A stretch of 64,000 bases of DNA from Clostridiales bacterium (GCA_021202555.1 JAJQCT010000038.1:18383-82382); one strand, 5' to 3'. Counted from the first letter of the stretch, positions 47,705 through 56,842 are shown. Numbers and translations: made by a program. Notes: generated by a model not told the origin, from the sequence alone.

Positions 47705-48973
47705 ATGAAAAAACACATTTTGAAGATTGTCGCGCTTGCGCTTGGAGCGGCACAGCTTTTACTGCTTTGCGCCTGCACGGGCGGGGATGAGAACAACGAA
47801 ACCGACAAGGGCGGCGAGAGCGTCGGCGTGACGGAAACCGGAACGGAAACGGCGGAGGAAACGACGGATTATCTCTCCATGCTGCCCGAAAATCCTGAGA
47901 TTCTATTTGACGGGGAAGGCGACGACACCGCTTGTCTTAAAGCGGGTCAACAGTATATCTACGGCGACTATATCTTTTATTACGATACGGACACATACAC
48001 CATAGATTATCGTTTCATCTCGTCACTTGATACTGAAGCCGTCACCGTTCCGCTTAATGGCGGGGAAAGCATATATAATCTGCTTTTCCTTGTTGATGAG
48101 GAGACGTCAGAGGAATACGGAACACCCGTGATTATCGCAAAATACAGCGTGACGGGCGAGGACGGAACGTATTATAAAATCGTTTCGATTGACCTTGCAT
48201 CCGGCACTGAATCTGTTATACTTGACAGCCTTACATATGCATATATCGAGTACCTTTATCTTTACGGCGACGACATCTTTTTTACATCATGCGACGAATA
48301 TCTCGACAACAGCCGCCTTCACCATGTGACGACGGCGGGTGACAACTACGCTGTGCTTGAACCGCCCGAAGAAGAGACAGGCTCGTACTTTGTCGAGACA
48401 GTATATGACGGACGGATTTATTACGGAATCGGTAACAATAGATATCGTCAGGTTTATTCGGCAACGCCAGAGTTTGAAGATACGGAATATGTTTTCGGCG
48501 CAAATCCCATGAACGAAAGCAATGTAACCGTCCAAAACGGATATATCATATATCCGAAAAACGGCTCTGAAATATATTTTTACGCTGACGACACGGAAGA
48601 AGCGGTAGTATATACTCTATATTATTCAGGAGAGCTTGTATGCAGCCCGCTCGATGACACGTCAACGGTATATACGCTTGCTTACGGAGTATATTCCTTT
48701 TACTGCGGCGGGGACTATATTTTTTACACGAGAACGACACCGCGGAATGCAACATCTCTACTTGCTGATTCGGGAACAAACGTAATGTATGCGTATTCGC
48801 AAAAAACGGGGATAACGACCGAGATTTATAATCTGGGCGACGCAGAGTACGTAAGATATGTGAGGATGATAACGGATAAATATATTTTGTTTGAGGATTG
48901 GTACAGCATAGAAAAATCCGATTATATTCTCTATGATATTGAAACAGGCGAGGAAACGGAAATACCGTACTGA
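47705..48973 (+). CDS. lipoprotein paralog 2, six-blade beta-propeller-like (DUF5050-like)
   Basis: AAAGGAG before ATG 47705. Lipobox LLCAC, an acidic linker, and motifs YGDYIFYY, YGDDIFFT, YDGRIYYG, NGYIIYP, GGDYIFYT, DKYILFE. The protein ends TGEETEIPY. Confidence 0.7.
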   Translation: MKKHILKIVALALGAAQLLLLCACTGGDENNETDKGGESVGVTETGTETAEETTDYLSMLPENPEILFDGEGDDTACLKAGQQYIYGDYIFYYDTDTYTIDYRFISSLDTEAVTVPLNGGESIYNLLFLVDEETSEEYGTPVIIAKYSVTGEDGTYYKIVSIDLASGTESVILDSLTYAYIEYLYLYGDDIFFTSCDEYLDNSRLHHVTTAGDNYAVLEPPEEETGSYFVETVYDGRIYYGIGNNRYRQVYSATPEFEDTEYVFGANPMNESNVTVQNGYIIYPKNGSEIYFYADDTEEAVVYTLYYSGELVCSPLDDTSTVYTLAYGVYSFYCGGDYIFYTRTTPRNATSLLADSGTNVMYAYSQKTGITTEIYNLGDAEYVRYVRMITDKYILFEDWYSIEKSDYILYDIETGEETEIPY

Positions 48974-49010
48974 CGATTTGCGCTATTTTATATCTGCGGA
49001 GGACGAATAA

Positions 49011-50141
49011 ATGAAAAAAATCGTATCTTTATTTTTGGCTATGCTGCTTGCGGTTGTCGCACCATGTGCGTTTTCTTCCTGTGAAAACGACGCTGACATA
49101 TCAGAGGCGATATATATAGATACATCGTCAAGACAGCCGTGTGTATACGATGATTATGTGTTTTATTTTGACACCGATACTCAAGAGGTGAATTATCAGA
49201 TTGTAACGAATGTTCAGCAGACGGGAATTTCAATAATTACCGACCCGCTGTCGGAGGGAGAGGATAACCCGCTGAATCAGATGCTTGTTTACTATTTTCT
49301 CGTTGACATTATCTCTTCCGACAAGAACGGACATTCGCCTGTTTTGCTGCTCGGGTGCATGGACTACAGCGATCCTTATGCGGAATCGGATTATAAGGTT
49401 ATTTCATATGATCTTGCGACAAATTCGCTCACTGTTCTTGCAAGCGGACTGTATAGTCCATTTCAGTCGTTTGCGGTATACGGCGAATATGTAATATTCA
49501 CAACACAGGACGGAGACGAGGGGTACAACGTACACTGTGTGAAAACTGACGGGACTGAATATGTTACGCTTGATAATCCCGAATGCAGCCTTTATCGCGT
49601 AAGATATGCATATGAGGATAAAATTTATTTTACCGATGCCGCATATCGGCTTTATTCCGCGCCATTTGACCTTTCCGAAAAGGAATATTTGTGCGATTTG
49701 CCCGCGTCATATGTTTCGCCGTTTATAAAGGACGATTACCTGATATTCTGCGGGGAATCCGAAAATATTCCCTTGGAGCTTGAGGATTCCGAAATGGAGT
49801 ATACATTGATTTCCGCCGACCTTTGCCGCCTACCGCTTTCCGATTTATCGGGAGATGCGGAGACGCTTGTTTCGGGCGTGAACGTCGGCAGATGCTACCG
49901 CGACAAATTTTACTATTACATCGCGGAAAACAGGGAAGGGACATATTATCTCAACACAGATACGCTTCATGTTTATTCGTTTGACACGATGACATCGGAG
50001 GTCGTATGGGAAAAGGACGGCGTCGGATATTACGCGGCGTTCTCCGACGAGTACATCATATACGAGGACACATACCCCGGTACAGCCTGCTATATTGCTT
50101 ACAATATAAATACAGGCGAGGAAACTGAAATACCGTACTGA
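49011..50141 (+). CDS. lipoprotein paralog 3, six-blade beta-propeller-like (DUF5050-like)
   Basis: Lipobox AFSSC. Motifs YDDYVFYF, YGEYVIFT, YEDKIYFT, KDDYLIFC, YRDKFYYY, SDEYIIYE. The protein ends TGEETEIPY. Confidence 0.7.
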   Translation: MKKIVSLFLAMLLAVVAPCAFSSCENDADISEAIYIDTSSRQPCVYDDYVFYFDTDTQEVNYQIVTNVQQTGISIITDPLSEGEDNPLNQMLVYYFLVDIISSDKNGHSPVLLLGCMDYSDPYAESDYKVISYDLATNSLTVLASGLYSPFQSFAVYGEYVIFTTQDGDEGYNVHCVKTDGTEYVTLDNPECSLYRVRYAYEDKIYFTDAAYRLYSAPFDLSEKEYLCDLPASYVSPFIKDDYLIFCGESENIPLELEDSEMEYTLISADLCRLPLSDLSGDAETLVSGVNVGRCYRDKFYYYIAENREGTYYLNTDTLHVYSFDTMTSEVVWEKDGVGYYAAFSDEYIIYEDTYPGTACYIAYNINTGEETEIPY

Positions 50142-50155
50142 CAAAAAATATCATG

Positions 50156-50190
50156 AAAAGCACGCCACCGACGCGGCGTGTTTTTTCTTT
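50156..50190 (+). terminator. rho-independent terminator of the lipoprotein operon
   Basis: CACGCC accgacgc GGCGTG stem preceded by AAAAG and followed by TTTTTTCTTTT. Confidence 0.75.
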
Positions 50191-50299
50191 TGAGTCTCAA
50201 AATTAAAAAATTTCATTGCGGGCGTTGCAGGCAAACAAATATTAAAAAGACGTTTTTCAAATATTTTTGTCAAATACGCTGATTCAGATGACGCACACC

Positions 50300-50328
50300 T
50301 TGATTTTTGCGCTGATTTGTGATAAAAT
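50300..50328 (+). promoter_or_regulatory. extended -10 promoter of ispD-ispF
   Basis: TTGATT (50300-50305), 17 nt, TGaTAAAAT (50320-50328). Confidence 0.55.
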
Positions 50329-50363
50329 ACTTTTGTAAAAGAAGTATTTCCGAGGTGACGAGA

Positions 50364-51107
50364 TTGAAGGAAGAAAGGGCATTGAAAAAGAAATCAAAAA
50401 TCGAGCTTTCAGCCGTAATTCTCGCCGCGGGAAGCTCGGAGAGATTCTGCGGAGATAAGCTGTCGGCGAATATCGGGGGAGTATCTGTCCTTGAAAGAAC
50501 GCTGTCGGTATTTGAGGAATCGCCCGAGGTCGATGAGATAATTCTCGTCGCAAGATCCGCGCATATAAATGAGGTGAAGGAAATCACCTCGAAAATGAAG
50601 CTTACAAAGCTTGAAAAAATCGTCGCGGGCGGAAATACACGTCAGCAGTCGGCTTACATAGGGCTTGAAGCGACATCACCGACGTCGAAATATATCGCAA
50701 TACATGATGCCGCGCGCTGCCTTGTGACACCGGAAATCATACGGGCGGTGCTGTGCGATGCGAAGCGCAGTCGCGCCGCCGCAGCCGCTCATCATGTCAC
50801 CGATACGGTGAAATACGCGAATATACGCGGATATATTCAAAATACAATCAACCGCGATTTTGTGTGGCTTGTCTCAACCCCGCAGATTTTCCTGACAAAT
50901 CTCTACCGAGCCGCTGCATATACGGCTGTGAAGGATGGATTTGAGGGGACGGACGACTGCTCGCTTGCCGAAAGGCTCGGATTTGAGGTGAGGCTGACGG
51001 AAGTCGGAGCCGATAACATCAAAATCACGTTTCAGGACGATATATTGCGCGCGGAGGAAATCCTTCGCAGAAGAGAAAATAAGCCTTCGATATGCGAGGG
51101 CGGATGA
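50364..51107 (+). CDS. ispD: 2-C-methyl-D-erythritol 4-phosphate cytidylyltransferase
   Basis: AVILAAGSSERF P-loop-like motif and an IHDAARC block. TTG 50364 follows GAGGTGA. The track start at 50319 lies inside the promoter. Confidence 0.85.
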   Translation: MKEERALKKKSKIELSAVILAAGSSERFCGDKLSANIGGVSVLERTLSVFEESPEVDEIILVARSAHINEVKEITSKMKLTKLEKIVAGGNTRQQSAYIGLEATSPTSKYIAIHDAARCLVTPEIIRAVLCDAKRSRAAAAAHHVTDTVKYANIRGYIQNTINRDFVWLVSTPQIFLTNLYRAAAYTAVKDGFEGTDDCSLAERLGFEVRLTEVGADNIKITFQDDILRAEEILRRRENKPSICEGG

Positions 51108-51131
51108 TAATCAAAGCAAAGGCGGGCAGAA

Positions 51132-51632
51132 ATGGAATTTGAAAGTGAGCTTTTCAGACTGCGAATAGGGCACGGCTACGACGTGCACAGATTCTGCGAG
51201 GGCAGACCGCTCATTCTTGGCGGCGTGTCGATTCCGTCAGACCGCGGACTTCTCGGTCATTCGGATGCGGATGTACTTCTTCACGCGTTGACGGATTCGC
51301 TTCTTGGCGCTGCGGGACTGCGCGATATTGGCTTTTATTTCCCCGACAGCAGCGATAAATACGAAAACGCTGACAGCGGCGAGCTTCTTGTAACGTCGCT
51401 TAAAATGATAAACGAGCAAGGCTTTGATGTTATATCGGCAGACGTGACGATTATAGCCGAGACGCCGAAGCTCTCGCCTCATATCGGCAAAATACGCACC
51501 TCCCTATCCTCGCTTCTGAGTGTAGGCGAGGATAGGGTAAACGTCAAAGCAACGACCGAGGAAGGGCTGGGGTTCACGGGCGCCCGTCTCGGAATTGCGG
51601 CTCACGCCGTCTCTTTGCTTTATAAAAGATAA
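51132..51632 (+). CDS. ispF: 2-C-methyl-D-erythritol 2,4-cyclodiphosphate synthase
   Basis: RIGHGYDVHRF and LLGHSDADVLLHAL zinc-ligand blocks. 166 aa. Confidence 0.9.
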   Translation: MEFESELFRLRIGHGYDVHRFCEGRPLILGGVSIPSDRGLLGHSDADVLLHALTDSLLGAAGLRDIGFYFPDSSDKYENADSGELLVTSLKMINEQGFDVISADVTIIAETPKLSPHIGKIRTSLSSLLSVGEDRVNVKATTEEGLGFTGARLGIAAHAVSLLYKR

Positions 51633-51891
51633 AAGCGCGCTCTCCGTGACCCTTTTGTTATACGTCCTTCAGTTTTGACTTCCTTCACGGAAAGTAGCGC
51701 CGGATTTTCACCCTTGATATATTCGGAGCACGAAATGTTCTCCGTTTATATAATATGGCGGCAGGGTCGGTCATGTCACCGATAAAACCTCCGCGCAAAT
51801 TCCGCAAAACGTAAAAAAACGACGAAAAAAGCCTGCGAAAGCGCCGCTTTCCCGTGCTTTTGCGTCGAAAAATATAATTGAGGTCTTATCT

Positions 51892-52716
51892 ATGCTTTTA
51901 ATTGCACCGTCGATTTTAGCCGGAAATTTTGTAACTTTGGGCGATCAGGTCTCCGCCGTTCAGGCGGGAGGCGCGGATCTTTTGCATTTTGACGTCATGG
52001 ACGGAATCTTTGTGCCGAACATAAGCTTCGGATTCCCCGTCCTGAAATCGCTCAGCCTGCATTTCAGCATTCCGCTCGATGTTCACCTGATGATAGAAAA
52101 TCCCGATATGTATATCGAGCGTTTCGCAGCCTGCGGCGCGGATTACATAACGATTCATATCGAAAATGAGGGCGATACGGCGGCGATGCTCCGCAAGATA
52201 AGAAAATGCGGCGCGCATCCGTCAGTCGCACTCAAGCCGAATACGCCGATTGAAAAGGTTTTCCCGCTTATCGACGAGGCAGACATGATCCTCGTCATGA
52301 CTGTCGAGCCGGGCTTCGGCGGGCAAGCCTTCATGCGCGAAACTCTTGACAAAGTAAGGCGCCTTCGCGAGGAAACGCAAAGGCGCGGATATGACGGATA
52401 CAGAATAGAGGTTGACGGCGGTCTGCGCATTGACAATATCGCAGATGCCTATGACGCGGGAGCAAATGTTATTGTCATGGGGAGCGCAGTTTTCGGCTGC
52501 CACGACATTCCCTACGCGATAAAATGTCTGCGCGCGGCGGCGCTTCGCTTGCCGATTCCCGAGCCGACTGAGCCTATAATCGAGGAAGCAGAACCGATGC
52601 CGGAGGACGACGCCGACCAGATTGAAATGCCTGAGATTGAAGCAGATAATGCCGAGCAGATTTTGATTGAAGAGGAAACGACCGAGGAAACCGAATGCAC
52701 GTCAGACGGCGAATGA
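51892..52716 (+). CDS. rpe: ribulose-phosphate 3-epimerase with ~55-aa acidic C-terminal extension
   Basis: IAPSILAGNF, HFDVMDGIFVPNISFG, DVHLM and MTVEPGFGGQ blocks. The extra tail is PEPTEPIIEEAEPMPEDDADQIEMPEIEADN... Confidence 0.85.
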   Translation: MLLIAPSILAGNFVTLGDQVSAVQAGGADLLHFDVMDGIFVPNISFGFPVLKSLSLHFSIPLDVHLMIENPDMYIERFAACGADYITIHIENEGDTAAMLRKIRKCGAHPSVALKPNTPIEKVFPLIDEADMILVMTVEPGFGGQAFMRETLDKVRRLREETQRRGYDGYRIEVDGGLRIDNIADAYDAGANVIVMGSAVFGCHDIPYAIKCLRAAALRLPIPEPTEPIIEEAEPMPEDDADQIEMPEIEADNAEQILIEEETTEETECTSDGE

Positions 52717-53847
52717 TTACTTTTTGTCGCGCCGCTTGAAAAACTGATAATACCCGCAGGGAATCATCCCGTTATAAAGTTTTTTTATCTTGTCGGGACG
52801 CTGACCGTAAAGGCGCGGGAAATCCTCGCATGATGATATTATGTAAATCTGCCAATTGTCGAGCGTTCTGAAATGACGTCCCATCTGACGGTAAAGCTCC
52901 GCGACCTCGCTCTTTGTCCCCATTCGCTCGCCGTAGGGCGGATTTGTGGCAATCGTTCCGCGGCGTCCCTCCGTTTCAATTGTGAGCGCGTCGCGCACGA
53001 ATACCTTGATATTCTCGGAAACGCCCGCGCGCTTTGCGTTTTCAAGCGTCAGCGATGCGCACTGCTCGTCGATGTCGGATGCGTATACCTCAAAGTCTGT
53101 CGGCGTTATGAGGTCACGCGCCTCGCTGCGCGCGCTTTTGAAGACTTTGCGGTCAATGAATGAAAAACGCTCCGCCGCGAATCGACGCATCATTCCGGGT
53201 GCGCGATTCTGCATTTTCATCGCAGCTTCGATTGCGATGGTTCCCGAGCCGCACATAGGGTCCCAAAAAAGCACGTCCTCGCGAGGACGCGAAATTTTAA
53301 CCATCTCGGCGGCAAGAGTTTCACGCAGCGGCGCGATATTTGATTCGGGGCGGTATCCGCGCTTATGAAGCGCCGCGCCGCTTGTATCAATCATCAGCGC
53401 GGCTCTGTCTTTCAGAATAAAGAATACTATCTGGCAGAGCGCGCCCGTTTCGGGAAGCGTGCTGACGCCGTATTTTGATGAAAGCCTGTCCGCGACGGCT
53501 TTATTTATTATGCGCTGACAGTCGGGAACGGAGAAAAGCGCGCTTTTTACGGAATGTCCCTTGACGGGGAATTTGTCGTCGCAGCCTATGAAAAGCTCCC
53601 ACGGGAGCGATTTTGTTCCCTCGAAAAGCTCGTCGAATGTCAAGAAGGCATCAAATTTTCCGACGACAATCATTACGCGCTCCGCGAAGCGCGAAAACAC
53701 ATTCATCCTTGCTACAGCCGTCTCGTCGCCGGTAAAATAAACTCTGCCGTCAATTGTTTCCGTGCGCGTATATCCGAGCGCGTCGATTTCCTCGCCGAGC
53801 GAATGCTCAAGCCCGAAAAGGCACGTTGCGACAAGTTCCAGCTTCAT
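52717..53847 (-). CDS. THUMP-domain class I SAM-dependent RNA methyltransferase (RlmL/YpsC-like)
   Basis: N-terminal THUMP-like region, SAM motif DPMCGSGTIAIEA and catalytic NPPYG. GGAGGA lies 7 nt before ATG 53847. Confidence 0.8.
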   Translation of the reverse strand: MKLELVATCLFGLEHSLGEEIDALGYTRTETIDGRVYFTGDETAVARMNVFSRFAERVMIVVGKFDAFLTFDELFEGTKSLPWELFIGCDDKFPVKGHSVKSALFSVPDCQRIINKAVADRLSSKYGVSTLPETGALCQIVFFILKDRAALMIDTSGAALHKRGYRPESNIAPLRETLAAEMVKISRPREDVLFWDPMCGSGTIAIEAAMKMQNRAPGMMRRFAAERFSFIDRKVFKSARSEARDLITPTDFEVYASDIDEQCASLTLENAKRAGVSENIKVFVRDALTIETEGRRGTIATNPPYGERMGTKSEVAELYRQMGRHFRTLDNWQIYIISSCEDFPRLYGQRPDKIKKLYNGMIPCGYYQFFKRRDKK

Positions 53848-53869
53848 ATAAGAATCCTCCACTTAAGTA

Positions 53870-53903
53870 AATAAAGGCGAAAGGATTTCTCCCCTCGCCT
53901 TTA
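53870..53903 (-). terminator. hairpin terminator downstream of the DUF4830-like gene
   Basis: AAAGGCGA / TCGCCTTT stem, followed on the minus strand by ATTTACTT. Confidence 0.45.
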
Positions 53904-53951
53904 GTATACACGCTTTTTCGGAAAATTTCAAGCAAATATATCCGCGCTTGC

Positions 53952-54572
53952 TCACTTTCCAGAAAGTCCCGAAATAAACCCGTTTACGTCGGATGAGCAA
54001 ATGTCGGCGGCGACAACGCGGTTTTTATAAATCAGGAGATTCGCGTATACGGTTCCCGTGTAATCGGTTCCTGTATTCTCCGCATAATTTGTTATGCGGT
54101 ACGTGTAGCGCGTCATGCTGCGGTTACGGTATTTTGAAAGGTCAAAGCCCTGCTGGCGCTGAATCGCGTTGTAGCTTTCCATAACGCGGTCAAATTCCGC
54201 CGGAATCGTAATCTCCGCCTCCTCGACCGGCTCCGAATCAACCTCCCATCCGTAGCTTGCAAGAAGCGCGATTCTGTCGTCGTTAGTCTTGATTTTCTCA
54301 AAGCTGACCGAAACAGCGCCGTCGGCGTCCGCGACCTCTGCACCCGCCTCGCTTTCTGCGTTTGCGTCATCCGCAGCATCTTCGACGCCCTCGGCGCTGC
54401 TCGTCATGACGGATCCGTCAGACGATGATTTTGACGATGTGTCGGTATAATCCCCGCTGCTCGGCGAAAGCACAAGCAGAAGAGAAAGGGTAATGACCGA
54501 AAGCGCGACGATTCCGAAAAATTTCACGGTGCTTCCGTGAATTGAACATATAAACACAGCGGTAACCTCCAT
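53952..54572 (-). CDS. membrane-anchored DUF4830-like protein
   Basis: N-terminal TM helix, low-complexity linker, and the C-terminal block LLASYGWEVDSEPVEEAEITIPAEFDRVMESYNAIQRQQGFDLSKY. The start codon is uncertain. Confidence 0.55.
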   Translation of the reverse strand: MEVTAVFICSIHGSTVKFFGIVALSVITLSLLLVLSPSSGDYTDTSSKSSSDGSVMTSSAEGVEDAADDANAESEAGAEVADADGAVSVSFEKIKTNDDRIALLASYGWEVDSEPVEEAEITIPAEFDRVMESYNAIQRQQGFDLSKYRNRSMTRYTYRITNYAENTGTDYTGTVYANLLIYKNRVVAADICSSDVNGFISGLSGK

Positions 54573-54640
54573 ACGAGTGTAATCTACACTTGAATCTTAC
54601 GAGGGCGCTGCTGATTTTATGACAAAGAGGTATGTATTTT

Positions 54641-55909
54641 ATGCAAAATCGAGTAAAAGAAATCGCCGAACGCTGTTCGTGCGGCGAAAAACACCGGCTT
54701 GACACGTATGTTATCGAAACGTCCGCAGGTGCCGTGGAGGAGCTATGCGCCTATGTGTCCGATAATTTTGCCGCAAACAGCGCGCTTATTGTATGCGACG
54801 AAAATACAAAGATTTATTCAGACGGAATAGCCGCGTCGCTCGGCTGCGGCGTATATGTCTGTCCAAAGGACGCTCACGCGAATGAAATTGAAACGGGAAA
54901 GCTTTCAAGCTTCATAAAAGGAAAGAATGCTTCCGTTATGATTGCCGTCGGAACGGGGTCGGTACACGATATAACGCGATACGTCGCGTATGACATCAGC
55001 GCTCCGTTTGTTTCATGTCCGACGGGAGCGAGCGTTGACGGATTTGTCTCGGGTGTTGCCGCCATGACATGGCATGGGCAAAAGCTCACGTTCCCGTCGG
55101 CGTCCCCTGTGGCGATATTCGCCGATCCGAATATATACAAAACCGCGCCGCGCCGACTTCTGGCGTCCGGCGTCGGCGACATGATAGGGAAGATAACCTC
55201 GCTTTTCGACTGGGAGGTCTCGAATCTTTTAACGGGAGAGCATCTTTGCCCGGAGATTTATTCGCTTACGAAGGAGGCACTCGACGCGATAATTTCCGCA
55301 TCAGGCGACGTGAAGTCGGACAATTTTGCGGAATCTGTGATGAACGGGCTTATTCTTTCGGGACTCGCAATGCAGCTCATGGGCAATTCGCGACCCGCAT
55401 CGGGATCTGAGCATCATATGTCGCATCTATGGGAGATGCACGTGATAAATGAACCGACGGATGCCCTTCACGGCGAAAAGGTTGGCGTCGGAACGATAAA
55501 CATTATAAAAATGCTGAAGAAATCAAGGGACAAAATCGCCGGAGGAGTTGATTTTGACCTTTCGGCAGTGTTTGACAAAAGCCGTCTTGAACCGATTTTC
55601 GGCAGTCTCACGGACGGCATTTTGAAGGAAAACGTCAAAAACGGTCAACTGTCATCATCTGCACTTGCAAAAGTAGACAAATGCACAATTGAGACGTGTG
55701 CCGAAAGAATTGCAAAAATGATTGATTTGCTCCCGGACGCGTCGGATGTCGAGCGCCTTCTTGCCTCATGCGGCGCGCCTGTAACGACAGGCGAGCTGTC
55801 GCTTCCGGCAGAGGACGGGTTTATGCAAAAATCGCTGATTTATTCTCCGTATGTGCGAAATCGACTGACGCTCGCGAAAATATTGTCGGCGGCTGAAATA
55901 AGCGGATGA
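54641..55909 (+). CDS. iron-containing alcohol dehydrogenase-fold enzyme, sn-glycerol-1-phosphate dehydrogenase (AraM/EgsA)-like
   Basis: IAVGTGSVHDITRY, ASVDGF, GVGDMIGK and SGSEHHMSHLWE blocks. AAGAGG is better spaced for ATG 54641 than for 54632. Confidence 0.65.
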   Translation: MQNRVKEIAERCSCGEKHRLDTYVIETSAGAVEELCAYVSDNFAANSALIVCDENTKIYSDGIAASLGCGVYVCPKDAHANEIETGKLSSFIKGKNASVMIAVGTGSVHDITRYVAYDISAPFVSCPTGASVDGFVSGVAAMTWHGQKLTFPSASPVAIFADPNIYKTAPRRLLASGVGDMIGKITSLFDWEVSNLLTGEHLCPEIYSLTKEALDAIISASGDVKSDNFAESVMNGLILSGLAMQLMGNSRPASGSEHHMSHLWEMHVINEPTDALHGEKVGVGTINIIKMLKKSRDKIAGGVDFDLSAVFDKSRLEPIFGSLTDGILKENVKNGQLSSSALAKVDKCTIETCAERIAKMIDLLPDASDVERLLASCGAPVTTGELSLPAEDGFMQKSLIYSPYVRNRLTLAKILSAAEISG

Positions 55910-56104
55910 ACAGTGACGTGATTTGCAGACTTTCTTTCGGTCAAAAAGGAAAATTACGTGGATTTTTAACGCCGAAAAAAATTTTTTGAAAAAATGCGAT
56001 TTGAGGTGAGACTTTTTCGGATTTTTTGCGACTATATAGTATAACGGTCATGTGCGAAGTACAAGACCGCTATACTATAACTTATTTCAAAGGAGGGTTT
56101 TATT

Positions 56105-56761
56105 ATGAAAACCACAGGAAGAATGCTTGCAGCGCTCATATTGGCGCTGTGTGCGGTCGCAGTGTTTGCCGCATCATGTGCGGATGACTTGCCTCTCACA
56201 ATCACAACCGACGTCGGTACTGTCGCAATCAAATCCGTCGAAAATTCCGCAGACGGCTCGGATGAAACGGAAACGGTTGAGCTTTGCGACGTCGGAGACA
56301 CGCTTGAAATCGTGACGGGACAGTTTATACCGTATATGAGTACACTTGAGGGCATTGGCATGAAGCTTTCCGTTACCGCTTCGGGTGACACCGTTAAATT
56401 TTCTGCGTCAAGCGGTAGATTTTTGCTTGTAACCGAGACAGGCGACGGGACGGGAACATATCAGGTTTCGGATGTCGGCACCACTTACGATATGTCGCTT
56501 TCGTCTGATGCCATGATTTACTGGTCGCTTGAGGAAAATTCCGGCGAAGATGCCGACGGGGATGTTGTTGACAAAATTGAGATAATCGTATATGAAAACG
56601 ACAACATTATCGGCGCGGCTCTGCTGACCGTCTCATGTGTGGACAGCGTTTACACGGCGACGCTCGCGGAAACAGTTAATTTTCCGAAGATTGACGGCGA
56701 ATATCAAAATATCACCGAGGAATTGGTTGCCGAACATTTCGAGGGAATCGAAGCTGAGTAA
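56105..56761 (+). CDS. hypothetical lipoprotein
   Basis: Signal peptide with lipobox FAASC. GGAGGG upstream. No other motif I recognise. Confidence 0.5.
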   Translation: MKTTGRMLAALILALCAVAVFAASCADDLPLTITTDVGTVAIKSVENSADGSDETETVELCDVGDTLEIVTGQFIPYMSTLEGIGMKLSVTASGDTVKFSASSGRFLLVTETGDGTGTYQVSDVGTTYDMSLSSDAMIYWSLEENSGEDADGDVVDKIEIIVYENDNIIGAALLTVSCVDSVYTATLAETVNFPKIDGEYQNITEELVAEHFEGIEAE

Positions 56762-56775
56762 AATTCTTATCACGC

Positions 56776-56819
56776 AAAATGATTCGCCCCTTTTTTTAAA
56801 ATGGGCGAATCATTTTTTT
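56776..56819. terminator. bidirectional terminator
   Basis: ATGATTCGCCC / GGGCGAATCAT stem flanked by AAAA and TTTTTTT. Confidence 0.8.
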
Positions 56820-56842
56820 GCGGAGACTAAATTTTATTGTAT

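Noticed and set aside
51633-51891. 260-bp gap upstream of rpe, examined for an ncRNA, riboswitch or small ORF
   Set aside because: It contains only weak, short stems and no recognisable motif, promoter-leader structure or ORF with an RBS. There is not enough evidence to report a feature.
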